Made by a program: the position numbers and the translations under genes | The notes under the pieces: model-generated | The model's input: only the letters and a program-made list of their open reading frames with translations | What the model was told of the DNA's origin: nothing | Databases searched by the model: none | Source of the DNA: Tubiluchus corallicola | Lineage: Eukaryota > Animalia > Priapulida | DNA length: 64,000 bases | Direction of reading: 5' to 3' | Assembly (NCBI GenBank): GCA_030141605.1 | Contig: JAQGDQ010000451.1 | Coordinates: 62,001 to 126,000, forward strand | Part shown: positions 39,901 through 52,351 of the stretch, one piece after another | Layout: the number at the start of each line of letters is the position of its first letter | Position numbering within the stretch: the stretch's first letter is position 1

Positions 39901-42900
39901 CGGAATAGTGAAGTAAGTTCTGTACATTTGTTTATACTGTTTCCAAACATTTTGAATGCGAATGATTATGACGGAATAGTGAAGTAAGTTCTGTACGTTT
40001 GTTTATACTGTTTCCAATCCTTTTGAATGCGAATGATTATGACGGAATAGTGAAGTAAGTTCTGTACATTTGTTTATACTGTTTCCAAACATTTTGAATG
40101 CGAATGATTATGACGGAATAGTGAAGTAAGTTCTGTACGTTTGTTTATACTGTTTCCAAACCTTTTGAATGCGAATGATTATGACGGAATAGTGAAGTAA
40201 GTTCTGTACGTTTGTTTATACTGTTTCCAAACATTTTGAATGCGAATGATTATGACGGAATAGTGAAGTAAGTTCTGTACGTTTGTTTATACTGTTTCTA
40301 AACCTTTTGAATGCAAATGATTATGAGTGAATAGTGAAATATGTTCTGTACATTTGTTTATACTGTTACCAAACCTTTTGAATGCGAATGATTATGACGG
40401 AATAGTGAAGTAAGTTCTGTACATTTGTTTATACTGTTTCCAAACCTTTTGAATGCGAATGATTATGACGGAATAGTGAAGTAAGTTCTGTACATTTGTT
40501 TATACTGTTTCCAAACATTTTGAATGCGAATGATTATGACGGAATAGTGAAGTAAGTTCTGTACATTTGTTTATACTGTTTCTAATCCTTTTGAATGCGA
40601 ATCCGGTGTTAGTTATATTTTCTCAAACTCTGATTATAAAATATCTATTCTTATACAATGTAGCCTGACATCTTTTACAGCTATCCTGACGATACGACTA
40701 TTGCCATATTTTCAGTTAATGACCACGATCGATTGCCCAAAGAACCAAGCAATATTGCACGGGGAGAAGTGAAGAAATCTTCTAAGAAAGTTGCACAGTC
40801 CGAACGCGCCGCTCCGTCACCGTTTCTTCTTCTTAGTCAAGATGAATATAAAGAGCACCAATCAGCGATCACACATTGTCGGTTTAGTCCAACCGGATCT
40901 CTTGTTGCTAGCTGTGATTATGACGGAATAGTGAAGTAAGTTCTGTACATTTGTGTATACTGTTCCTGCAACTGCGCTGGTGATTTTTGAGGTATAAGTT
41001 TGTACTAAATCGTAAATCTAGAAAAGAATTTTGCGCCAAGTTCTGCTCAACTGTAACAATGTTTTTGCAACGGCAAGTTAGGTTCATATTGTTACTGTGC
41101 CTATTGTACAATTCTTTTTTTGTAAATTTGTTGAACAAAGGTTCTAGTTAGAGTGTAAACGCGCTCATTTATATTGTTGCAATATTCTAAACATTTCTAA
41201 ATAATTTTCACAGTTTTGGGGTGGAGGTGGGCTTAAAATGTGTGACCCGTAATTAGGAATGTAACAAGTACAACTTCATTAATTTGTAATATATCTTGGT
41301 AAATTGTATGTACAGTAGGCGCTGCCTAATAGACTCACTTTGGGATGGAAGTGTTTTGACCCATTTAACCGTCTGATTCAATTAGCCGACGTGTGTAACC
41401 TATTACTACTAGGGAATTGTGAGCCATAATTCATCATTTTAGTATTGCATTGCAAAGGCTTTAAATGAATTTCAGAAACGAATTAATGTCAAAATTCATA
41501 TGAGCAATTATTTAGGAGTACTAAATTGCATAAGTGAATTAATAAAAAACAATGGAAATACAAAAGTCGCAAACCGCTGTGCAAGTGATTAACTGTTTAC
41601 TTTCCAGAAACAATGGGGTTAACTGCAGCGGATAAGCGGGTGACAGATTCAAAGCAAAACTGCTTGTTAACTATTTTAGGGCATATGATAAACGTACTAA
41701 ACTTGCTCACAAACAAAGCTGTACCTAACTTGACTGTTTCTACGTACATTATAGTGCACAAAATCGAAATAAAATGACATAAAGCAGCAGAAGCTCTTTG
41801 GGCACCCAGAAATGTCTTATTTTAAGTGTGTGAAGTAAAAATATCGAGTCCACTATACGGAGTTATATGAGCCAATTACCGACAGTTTTTATGTACATTT
41901 GAATAGGAACGGCGGCCCGTACTGAACGTTTTTGAGTCAATTAATCAACTGAGTCTATTAAACCCGAGTGTAATAAACGTTACCTACTGTATATGTAATC
42001 AGGGCACATTAAATTATCGCATTATGGGGATGGGTTTGGTAGGAGGGATGAAGCTAAGAATTTGGCCATTAATGAAGAATGTACAAAGTATATTCTTCAT
42101 CATCTGAAGGTTTTGCAATAGTAGAACTTAAACTGCACAAGTTTACTCACCATTAAAGGTTAGTTGAAGGAAATAGATCACACGTGACAGCCACAAGTCA
42201 GTGATCACACGTGACAGCCACAAGTCAGCGATTAACAAGTGATTAACAACATCTTCACGGTTTTCTGACCACCAAATTTGCATTTTGGTTGTATATATGG
42301 AGTGGTGGTACTCATTTTGATGACATTTTCATCATTTCTAATTCAGCATAACTGTTATGCGCTCTATCCAAGTTTGCTGTCTCAACACTCGTCAAAAGGG
42401 TTTTTCATGTCTGATGTGATCTGATCTTACTGAAACTATAGACTTAATCATTTTCATATTCTAACCGATTTAGTCATATGTTTAAGAACTATAAATTTGT
42501 CATATAATTTACCAAAACACTTGTCCAATTTAACTTGTTAATCTTTCTGAGCACCTTCCAGCAAGCAGACACATTTTTGACGATGTTAAACTAGAAAGGT
42601 ACCTGTTTGATAATATTTCTTTTTTTATTTTAGAATCTGGTCAATCAGCCCTTCACCGAATACAGTTGTTGTGGTGATGACAAAATCCCCTATCCTGTGT
42701 TTGGAGTGGGCCGGAAAAACAGACAAATACGTATGTTATTGTTTGTTTACATTTTTATGTATGTTTTGTTACTATACATGCTATGAATGATGCACCATTG
42801 AACAATGAACAATGAACATTGAACAATGAACAATGAACAATGAACTTGCCTAAACACTTCATTATGTTCTCAAATCAAGATCAAAAGCAACATCATTATA

Positions 42901-45900
42901 AAGATGCCAGTGGGACATTGTTTAAACGTTAAATGTGCTGACGTAAGCGATGTTGTTTTACAAAAAAAGAGTTTTTTTTGTTGCGCTTCTTGCAGTAGTG
43001 AGCTCAGAAAATATGGCGTTAAGGATTTTGTTTTAAGTTTTTTGTGATAAATGCATCAGCTCTTTCATATACGATTCACCTTAGATCTATCTGAGTTTCA
43101 TGATAGTCAAAAAAGCTAAGCCTTAGTTTTACCATACTGCCTAGTTGATTTTAAGTTGTGCTAAACAATTGTGTTTCTTTAAAAACACTAAAAAGTTTTT
43201 TTGTAGTTTTAGTGATCTATTTTAGTTTTGCTCGTTGTTATTTTTTTATACAGTCGGATGCTGTACAACGTCAAAATTAGCACACAACGACAGGCCGTAT
43301 AAATCGACATCCGTGTTTGTGGTGGATTCGTTATCAGGGTTAATCCTATAAGGTGTAGCAGAAATTTTGTGCTTAAGCTTCTCTATAGTTTACAATTTAC
43401 ATATTGTTGATCTATGTTTGATTAGTTGTTGCTTGGCAGTCGGATGGGCTCCGTACGAATGTTTGACACGGTAGAAAAGAAGAATATTTATGAAGTAGCA
43501 ACAGAACCGGGATATCCTAGGTAAGTGTGAAATTAATGTGATTTAAATTTTCTATTTTTATGTAGAGCTATTCGAAATGCGAACTTTGTGTATGGAGAAA
43601 TTATTGACAAAATAAGAAATGTGAACGATATATCTTTTTAAGACGGATTTTTTAGACTGTATGTAAAAATTTGCTTATCATTTCCTGGTTGATTTGTGTT
43701 GCAGAGTGCTATCTTTGTCGGCCAACCCCACGGGTGCAAGTTTCGTGTGCTCCTGCGCAACTCGAGTAAACCCAGAGCAGCCTCTAGACCAGTGCAAGGG
43801 AAAGTTGATGGTGTGGAACCTGAAATCAATGAAAACCGAGGTAATCCAGAATGTTCTTTTCACTTTTCGTACTGTATTCGGTGCTTACAAATGTTTACAT
43901 TCCAGCTTTTTGGGCGTTTTTTGCCCAGATCTCTTATCTGTGGAACGCTTTACCAGAAAATTGTTTTCTTTTTAAGTACAACCTCACAAGCTTCAAGAAT
44001 AATACTAACAATTACATGTACTTCGTATAACTATAACTTATCACTACAAATTACTTATAAGAGATAGTGTTAGAGAGAATGTCCATTACTGTTTACATGA
44101 GCAGCAAAAATCGTTGATTGTTAAGATTCAGATGCAGCAAAAAAGAAATTGAAATCATTTTTATTCACAAATAAAAACAGCCGTGCATACATTTCAATTA
44201 ACTGCTGTGCAATAAACAAATGGTTATTACATGTTAAGAGGCTGAACACACAAGTCGTAAAGTTAGTGTTTTCCCACGCGAGCCATTCATTTGAATTTTT
44301 ATCTGCCAGACTTCTTAATTACTTCATTGCACGCTTTATTAATAAATCAGCTACGTCAGCCTAGATACTGCCCTGAACTTTATTAATACAATGTAGGGAT
44401 TAGAGGAATAAAATAATCTATATTATCCTTTTTGTGCTGTTAAACTTAACAATCCGTATATTCATATTTTGCTAGTGGCCTGAAATGGAGCCTGAACACA
44501 TGAGCTGTGTGTCATGTAAGTTAGTGTTTTGCCGTGCAAGGCATTTAAGTTTCTGCTCCTATTTGCCAAGATTTCTTAATTACTTATATTGCAACCTTTA
44601 TCTGTTAGTCATCTAAGTCAGCCTAGGTATGTCCCTGATAAGTGGTTTTAATAGGGCATAGGGATTAGGAAAATATTATAATCTGTATTATCCTTTTTGT
44701 GTTATTAAACTGAACAATCCACTTAACCATCACATTACTTTCACGGTTTGCTTTTCTTTGCTGAACCATTCTACGTACCTGTTAGCTAGCAGAGCTGCTG
44801 ACTAGAATGGGCTAGGAATGTGAAATACGCATCACATGTGTTCCCTGTTGGCTTGGCACGGTGCCAATATAGCAATCAATAGTCTCAGTTAATGTAGAAG
44901 TACCAAGCAGAAGGTGGCATTTAAATTTTAAATTCCTAAACAATAGATATTGTATTAACAATAATGTCTGCATTTTCGTTGTTGGAACTGGGTAGAATTA
45001 TTAGGCTCTGGTAATTAACAATGCGGGTAATTACTCAGGTACCCAATGGAAACACTAATGTCCTTTACTTTAGGGTGATATGTATTTATTTGTATTTTTA
45101 CCTTAACCCTGAATAACCATTGGTAGGGTGTTATTTGGGGTAATTAGTATAAAGATGCTTCTTAACAGTAACTGATGATATGTAATATCTGCACTTTTGA
45201 CTTTTCTTCCCAGCGTCAGCTGCCTTTAGACTCTGATGTCACGTGTATAAACTGCACAGCATTTAATCACAATGGAAACTTATTAGTTGCTGGAAGCGCT
45301 AATGGAATGGTTAAGCTTTATGGTGAGCGTGATTCCAATTCTCATTCATTCGTCGTCAAATTGAGCAAGAGATTTTGAACTTTTTCGAACAACAGGGTGA
45401 CTAGGGTAGTTGTTTGCAGTTTGACTGTGCCATTGGATCAAATTCCTATTCTTGTATCCATGTAACGGATATACAGAATAAGTTTTTGTTGTAATTTCTA
45501 TTATTTAAAACTAGTTCATTTATAAAAAGTTCTAAGCAACATTTAGCCCTTTGTTCTACAGGCTATATTTCTTGTTTCCAACGAACTAAGCCTAATGGAA
45601 TTTATTTTATCACAAGTTTTTTTACTCATTTCGCACATGAAAATGTTGTACAAAAGATGATCATATGGAAACAAAACCAAGCCGTAAATTATTGTAGTTG
45701 TGCTTGTACGTACACCATGAGTTTTAGTAATAATATGCAAAGAATAATAGGGAATAAGGGACTTGGTGTGATTTGCTACCATTTCAGACATGCAGAGGAA
45801 TGAGTCAATAGCTTGTTGGAAAGCTCACACTGGACAAGTGCACAGCATCGAGTTCAGTCAAGATGAGAATTCCTGCTATACAATGGGAGGTGACGGCAAG

Positions 45901-48900
45901 GTGAATTGTACTGTGTTTCTTAAAGGAAAACCGGACGATTGTTTAAACTCAATCTCATTTTAATTTACTGTCCAAAATATACATTTTCTTGCCTATAAAA
46001 GTTAACAATTGTTGCTTAAATTTGAATAATTAGCTTAGAAAGTTAATTAACGGCAACCGAACACAGCTATTGCTTACGTCAGAAACTAACCACTGTTTGT
46101 GCAATGGCAGGCATCTTCCCTTGCTCATCAAGCATAGGCGTGAGTGTTACAGTACTGCTTAAATGCGTGATGTCACAAAAATGTGTTTTACATCATATGA
46201 TGTCAGAAACTAACCCTGCAGTTCGTGATCATGGTTATCACGGCACCACCTTCTATTTGTCGGCCACACGCATGTGACAAAAAGGCGCCGTTGCCAATCT
46301 TAGTAGATTCACTGAGCCGCGCGTAGCTTTGAAAGTTTAACAAAATTTGAGTATCCGAGGTAATTATTATTTAATCTAAGCTTTTAATATAACGCTATTG
46401 TAGTTTTCAATATTTTAGAGCATTCTTTGGTCTGAATCACAGTTTACACAATCGTCCGGTTTTCCTTTAATAAAACGTAATGCAACATGCTTTTTGAAGT
46501 ACATTTAGTTTTAACGTAGTTCTGCAACATCCATTTTCAACATTTTTCCCACAATTAATCATATATCATCTATACTTTTCTTTGGAAACTGCTGTTATAC
46601 TGGGATAATTCCGTTATTAGAACTTACGTGTTAAGATTTCTTTTTCAACTTTAGAATTCTTGCACACTAAACTCTGTTACGTCAAGTCTTTGTTTACATT
46701 TCAGTTCATTCAGTGGAGTTTGTTAAAGAAGTCTGGTCGGTGCTTAGCTGACATTCCGATACATGATGGCGCCACCGGACCGTTCACAAGTGTCAATGTT
46801 GGCGGACAGGAACACGTGGTGACACCTCGGGGAAGACTGTTTGCATACGATTCAGAAGGAAAGCATGTCTTAACTTGCGGTCCAACTGGCGGACAGATTT
46901 ACAGGGTGCGGCCTTTTGTTTATTTGTTTACTAAACAGGTGCTATTTCCTGCGTGTGACTAACTTTTTATTATAGTTCAATTTCGAGAATATGATTTGAC
47001 ATTTCTCAAAACTCGCGGTACAGAGCCAGCAATGCTTATAATTATAGTCATTGCAAAAATCATGAATGTGAAAACCTGCCTTACATGCTGTTTCCCAAGT
47101 CTCAAAGTCTAATTTTGTGTAATTTTTTTAACTCCTTCAGGACAACACCATTCAAAATAGGTCTTATAAGACCTATGACTTTTCTGCTACTGTGTGAGCA
47201 TAGACATAAATAAATTATTACAATTTGGCTCTATTAAGGACAATATCGCTGTCCAATCAAGCTATTTATTTAGACATATATAAGTGATTTATTTAGATAA
47301 AATTATGAAAGACACGCCTTTTTAGGCACTCTAACTTAGCCTATTGAGTAGCTTAGTCTGGTGCACACTTGCGTGATCGTACACACTATTTTATTGGCCG
47401 CCTTCTTGCTACAGTCCCAAGTTGTACAGTGTTCTGCTGCTATTCCAGGAAAAACCAACTGACCAACCAAGGAGAAATTAAGATCGTTTCATTTTTTAAT
47501 ACGAATTTCTCCTTAAAAATAGAGCAGACTTGAGGCCAAAGTGTATCCGGTGTGTTGTGTCTGGATAGTTGAAATTTTCTATAATAGCCAATTTCACACA
47601 AGTTATACTGTACATTGTTACAGTACAAACACTGCAGTTAGTGAAAGATTTTTTCAATTTATTCGTCAAAAATCGATTTTTAATTTGTCTAAGGTAAGCA
47701 GATGCAATTAATATCTAATTCTGCATGAAAATCCATTGTATGAGGAGTAGAAACATACAAAAATTATCAAATATAACGTAATCGCTGCTTAGTGAGAGCA
47801 GCTTTTCATCAACCCATGCAAAATGCAGCAAATGCTTATGGTCCTGAAGGAGTTAAATCATGTTACGTTTCTACCATACAATGATTATAAACTTAAACAA
47901 AACACGGAAAAAAATGAATGATGTAGTTCCTAAACTTTTGACAAGTTTTTATTTGTTTCTGGTTTCTTGTCTTATTTAAAAAGTAGAGAAAAGTGACCAA
48001 CTATTTTTGATTTAGTGTTTTCAAATTATCAACTGATTTTGTCGTCTTTGAGCAAAGACGCTTAATGATTGGTGTGTTTCCACGCTGCGCTGGTAGTCCT
48101 ATGAAAAAATGGCTACCTGTGATGGCAGTGAAACCACGGCCATCTTAATGCATGGGTACGTTTGGCAGTTACCCGCGGCCGCATGTTGTGACTCGCTGTC
48201 AATATATTAATACTAAACTAAATATTAAACAATAAATACTTGTTATTGTGTTACAAGTGAACATTGGCCTTCACTCTGATTTAGTATCACGGTCACCTCT
48301 GCAACCTCTGCACGGTCACCACCTGCTTGTATGTATGCAGATGTCACGGGCTATGCTAAGCAATTCTCAGCAAAGAAATTTCGCAAACGTTTGTGTTTAA
48401 CACGTCATTAAAGATAAATAATTCATAGTAATTCCGTACTGTGCCATCTCAGCCTCTATGGTTTAAGTTTTGAGTATCATGTATATGTTGAAATTTTTGT
48501 GGTTTTCAAGGCTCATCTTATATTGTTAAAACGTTTGTGTTGATTAATCCTTCCTGTACAGCATGTTTTCCTGTGAGTCATCGTGTATGTAGAGGGCTGT
48601 CATGCCATCTCTGCCCGGGGGTCTGTTGTTGTTGGTATCCTTCTGTCTCGGAAGACAATGGAGTGTGTGCCAAAAGAGTCAGTTATTGATCACATTGATG
48701 GAGCTGCAGCGTCGACTGTGGCTGAGCAGTCCGATGCTTAAACCACTGGAGTGGCCTCTCCAGGGTGCACGCCTGGGCAAGGTGTATGGAGATCCTGAGT
48801 TCCCCAGATAACAGGAACCCCCTGTCTTCCTCCCTGGTGTAGTCCAAAGGAAAGCGGAGCGATACGTTTGGCACCAGGTCGGCTGCAGGAGCTGCCGGAG

Positions 48901-49379
48901 TCAGTGAGCATGCTGCACTGGTCCGCCTTCGGGGCTCCACCCATGATTTGGAAGGTTTACTCCTCTACACATGGCTGTTGGGTCACTTGACCTCCTCTGC
49001 CCTCTACCCGTTGGCTGCCTGTGCAGCTCCTCCGCCTATAGTGTTGAGATTCAGTGTGGGCATCCCGGGGGTCTATGACGCTATTAAGACGGTCCTGAGT
49101 GAAACAGCTTGTATGATTGCCAATATTATTATGAATATTGATGAAAGAGCAGACGCAGTGTAACTAAGTAAAAACTGACGATTTTCATGTTTTCCTTTAC
49201 CGACTGTCTCTACTTCTCTTCAGATATTCTCGGACGGCGGCGCTAGTAGACTTCTTGAGCTTGGTGGACACACCTCGGCCGTTTCTACAGTAGACTGGAC
49301 GGCTGCCGTGGACTGTGGAACTTGTATTACAGGCTCAATAGACGGACGGATACGCATCTCTGTACTTCTCTCACATTGA
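30941..49379 (+). CDS. WDR91: WD repeat protein 91 (endosomal Rab7 effector, SORF-1); 17 exons, ~791 aa
   Basis: Exons 30941-31060 ([26 protein letters not shown]), 31696-31806, 32564-32717, 33935-34140 ([21 protein letters not shown]), 34639-34742, 35011-35161, 35686-35839, 37325-37524, 38664-38712, 40716-40935, 42634-42730, 43426-43520, 43705-43840, 45214-45322 ([14 protein letters not shown]), 45788-45900, 46705-46905 ([12 protein letters not shown]), 49224-49379 ([25 protein letters not shown]). Phases consistent; total 2376 nt. Low-complexity linker exons 5-9 are less certain. Confidence 0.93.
35116..35402 (+). repeat. 92-94-bp tandem triplication of the WDR91 exon 6 end plus splice donor
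   Basis: GAGCAGCGTACCTTC starts at 35116, 35210 and 35302, with a partial copy at 35396; each full copy contains AGTAAT|GTGAGT. Confidence 0.92.
35523..35670. repeat. 49-bp tandem repeat x3 just upstream of the WDR91 exon 7 acceptor
   Basis: TCTGAG..TTCTAATACATTCATTAATGATGAGATAACTCTTA units at 35523, 35572, 35621. Confidence 0.9.
35910..36435. mobile_element. Second TTAA-flanked MITE family (Kolobok-like), copy A
   Basis: TTAAAGGAGAAGAAAA...TTTTCTTGTACTTTAA imperfect TIR; interior (TTACCTGTTTGAAAG..TAATTAGAAAAGAAAATTCTTAATA, AAATGGCTGCACC) matches 56742-57304. Confidence 0.7.
39035..40602 (+). repeat. 71-bp minisatellite x22 derived from the WDR91 exon 10/intron 10 junction
   Basis: Unit TGCGAATGATTATGACGGAATAGTGAA|GTAAGTTCTGTACATTTGTTTATACTGTTTCCAAACTTTTTGAA; TGATTATGA cores at 39041, 39112 ... 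40531; ~50 nt match 40915-40964. Confidence 0.97.
41313..41989. mobile_element. Tc1/mariner-pogo-type MITE
   Basis: TA-CAGTAGG...CCTACTG-TA termini with subterminal TAATAGACTCA / TGAGTCTATTA inverted match. Confidence 0.7.
44257..44720. repeat. Diverged tandem duplication (~200-bp block, ~255-bp period)
   Basis: AAGTTAGTGTTTT..TTCTTAATTACTT..GTCAGCCTAG..TAGGGATTAG..TATTATCCTTTTTGTG..AACAATCC occurs twice. Confidence 0.75.
45920..46470. mobile_element. Kolobok-type (TTAA-AGG) MITE, copy 1
   Basis: Perfect inverted ends TTAAAGGAAAACCGGACGATTGT...ACAATCGTCCGGTTTTCCTTTAA including the TTAA TSD; no ORF; second copy at 49420. Confidence 0.88.
47128..47856. mobile_element. piggyBac-like MITE
   Basis: Perfect inverted ends TTAACTCCTTCAGGAC...GTCCTGAAGGAGTTAA with TTAA TSD. 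Confidence 0.82.
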
Positions 49380-49419
49380 TATGCTGTACCTAAGTATATT
49401 TTATGTATGTCTGGGGCAG

Positions 49420-49966
49420 TTAAAGGAAGACCGGACAATTGTTTCGACTCAATCTCATTTTAATTTACTGTCCAAAATATACATTTTCTTATACATTTGC
49501 CTATAAAATTTAACACTTGTTCCTCATATTTGAATAATTAGCTTAGAAAGTTAATTAACGGCAACCGAACACAGCTATTGCTTTTGTCAGAAACTAATGG
49601 CAGGCATCTCCCCTTGTGCGTCAAGCACATTTGTATAAGTGTTACAGTACTGTTTAAATGCATGTCGCGAAAAATGGGCTTTACATCATATGACGTCAGA
49701 AACTAACACTGCAGTTCATGATCATGGTTATCACGGTGCTGCCTTCTATTTGCCGGCCACGTGAATATGACAAAAACGCGCCGTTGCCAATCTTAGTATA
49801 TTCACTGAGCCGCGCGTAGCTTTGAAAGTTTAACAAAATTTGAGTATCCGAGGTAATTATTATTTAATCTAACCTTTGATTTAAAATGAGCTATTGTAGT
49901 TTTCAATATTTTAGAGCATTTTTTATTCTGAACTCGTGTGTACACAATCATCCGGTTTTCCCTTAA
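49420..49966. mobile_element. Kolobok-type MITE, copy 2, just downstream of the WDR91 stop codon
   Basis: TTAAAGGAAGACCGGACAATTGT...ACAATCATCCGGTTTTCCCTTAA; internally colinear with 45920-46470. Confidence 0.88.
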
Positions 49967-51977
49967 TGCACGTGCAGTACAATCTTATGGCTGTCTTTTT
50001 AAATTATGCATCATGTACATTAAATACATTCACAATGTTAAGGTGATTTTTATTTTAAATTCATTAGTGTAACTTAGTATTGTCAAAGAAAACGGAAGAA
50101 ACAATGGGAAGATCATGCAATGTAAGCAAAATGGGAGATTTAACTTGAAAAATTTATATAGAGAAATTATCTTTTCCATCTTTCGCAAACGATTTCTTTA
50201 CAGAGCAAACTTTGTACAAGCTAGAAGGATTACAGACTCACTGGTGAACACGTTTGAGTTTGCCATTTGCTGCACAATGTACTTAAAGCAATTGAAAAAC
50301 TAATTCTTAGCCCACAGTAACAAAAGTTAAATTCGTGTTCCATAGGCTACATGCCATGATAATTAGTACATATCGAACTGCAGAACTGTCGTAATTAATA
50401 TACCAATAATGTGACTACAACAAATTGCTCTTTTTAGATAAAGCCCATACCTACTTGTAATGTATATAAATATCATTGTGGGCTTTAGAAGGGGTACTCA
50501 TTGTCCCAAGTATTCATGGGTCTTTGTCGTTTTTCTAGCAGACCGTTGTATTTATTTTATACTGTGATAAAATGGTACATTGAGATCTCGACGCTGCTAG
50601 ATTACCAGTCACTCTAATACTGCTGATGCTAGTCGGAAATTAAACAAAGCAACTAGATGATTGAAACTTGAGTTTCAGATAAGAAATTTTTGGTCTCAAA
50701 GTGCATTAAAAGTTTGCAAGAGCTGAATGCTTGTGCCAAACAGAAAACGCTCCTACGCAGTAGAATTTCTGTTGTGTTTGTGAAAGGGTTAAAATATATG
50801 CATTTTGGTTAATTTTGCTTTTGCTCATTTATGTATTTCAAACGTTTTTTACGCAAGCTAATTTGTATGTCTAATGTTGTACATTGTAATATTAACTTAT
50901 CATTTATTTTAAACATTGCCAACAAGTAAGTAATCTATGTAAAGAGTTGAACATCTTTGCGATACTTCATATACATTCCTTATTGTTAAAGTCATTAAAT
51001 GTCGTTGTACAATGCACAATTTATCAATCAGTTTAATGCCTTCGTTATGGATGGCACTAAAAATCATGATTTCTAATGGTTTATTATAAGTTATGCAAGT
51101 TAAAATTATATATAGCAATTATAAACTTAGCTTATTATAAAGTTATTGTTTACCATTATGGCTTCTTTCTGATGTGATACAATAACATTGAATACATTTT
51201 ACTTATTGTATGAAATATGAATTATGTCGTGTTGTGTATAAGTTTTCACTATAGTGTTTACTGCTTTACGAGTTAAATAGTATTATCTATTCTCGACTCA
51301 GTACAAATCAGAATAAACAATAAACAAATAATGCGATATTTAAAAAGAATGGTGGCACACGTTTTGACATCTAACTGAAACTTTAGCAAATCACAGTCAA
51401 TCAGCCCAAACTAGCTGTGGCCTCAAGCAGTGATAAACCTGGTTAATAAATGGATGGGTGTTTGTCATTTTTCTAAATACCTTTGCTTTCCAATTGAAAG
51501 GAAAATTTAAAAAATCCGAATTGAAAAACTAGTGTATTTAATTTTGTAATCAGAAATCGATCATTTTTGCAACAAAGATGCGGGAAAACTGTAAAAATGA
51601 AAAAAAAAGCTTGCTTTACTAAAACTTGTCACACAATCATACCAGAACTCGTCACAACACATATACATGTATGTATACAAAATTGGAAATTAAAAATCAT
51701 ACTCCTGTATTATGTTAGTAGTGTACGACATTAAGATGCAGATGAGAACTATCGCAGGCTAACCATAACGGATGTACCACTTTTAAACTGCTTTGTGAAC
51801 AATACATTGTTTTATTGTACACTAAAAAGAAAATTGCAAACTTGTCAAATTTAGACTCTCTCAATAGCCTACAATTGACTCTTGTAGAAAAAATGTTGTT
51901 CTTTGTTATTGACTGGTCAATCAATGGACTCAATTTATACAAAGTATTCATTTCTTGAATGAATTTTCTTGTGAAGT

Positions 51978-52351
51978 TAACTCGCCAAGAAACTCACAAG
52001 CGTGTTCAGACTAGAGAGCAAAACTTGCTGTGAAGCTGCTCTGTAACAGTAAGTGCGAGCTGACAGCCGCTTCTCTAGTCACAGCAAGAAGTGTCGAGAG
52101 TAACTTGCCAAGTAACTCACAAGCTTGTTCAGACTAGAGAGCAAAACTTGCTGTGAGTTGCTCTGTAACAGTAAGTGCGAGCTGACAGCCGCTTCTCTAG
52201 TCAGTGCAAGAAGTGTCGAGAGTAACTCGCCAAGTAACTCACAAGCATGTTCAGACTAGAGAGCAAAACTTGCTGTGAGTTGCTCTGTAACAGTAACTGC
52301 GAGCTGACAGCTACTTCTCTAGTCACAGCAAGAAGTGTCGAGAGTAACTCG
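51978..52351. repeat. ~122-bp tandem repeat x3 between the WDR91 and CANT1 3' ends
   Basis: TAACTCGCCAAG..TTCAGACTAGAGAGCAAAACTTGCTGTGA..GAAGTGTCGAGAG units at 51978, 52101, 52223. Confidence 0.9.

Noticed and set aside
39035-40602. CRISPR array
   Set aside because: Units are head-to-tail with no unique spacers, no cas genes, spliceosomal-intron context, and the unit derives from the host exon junction.
39035-40602. Recursive-splicing (ratchet) sites
   Set aside because: Ratchet points need YAG|GT after a pyrimidine tract; the units read GAA|GTAAGT with no juxtaposed acceptor.
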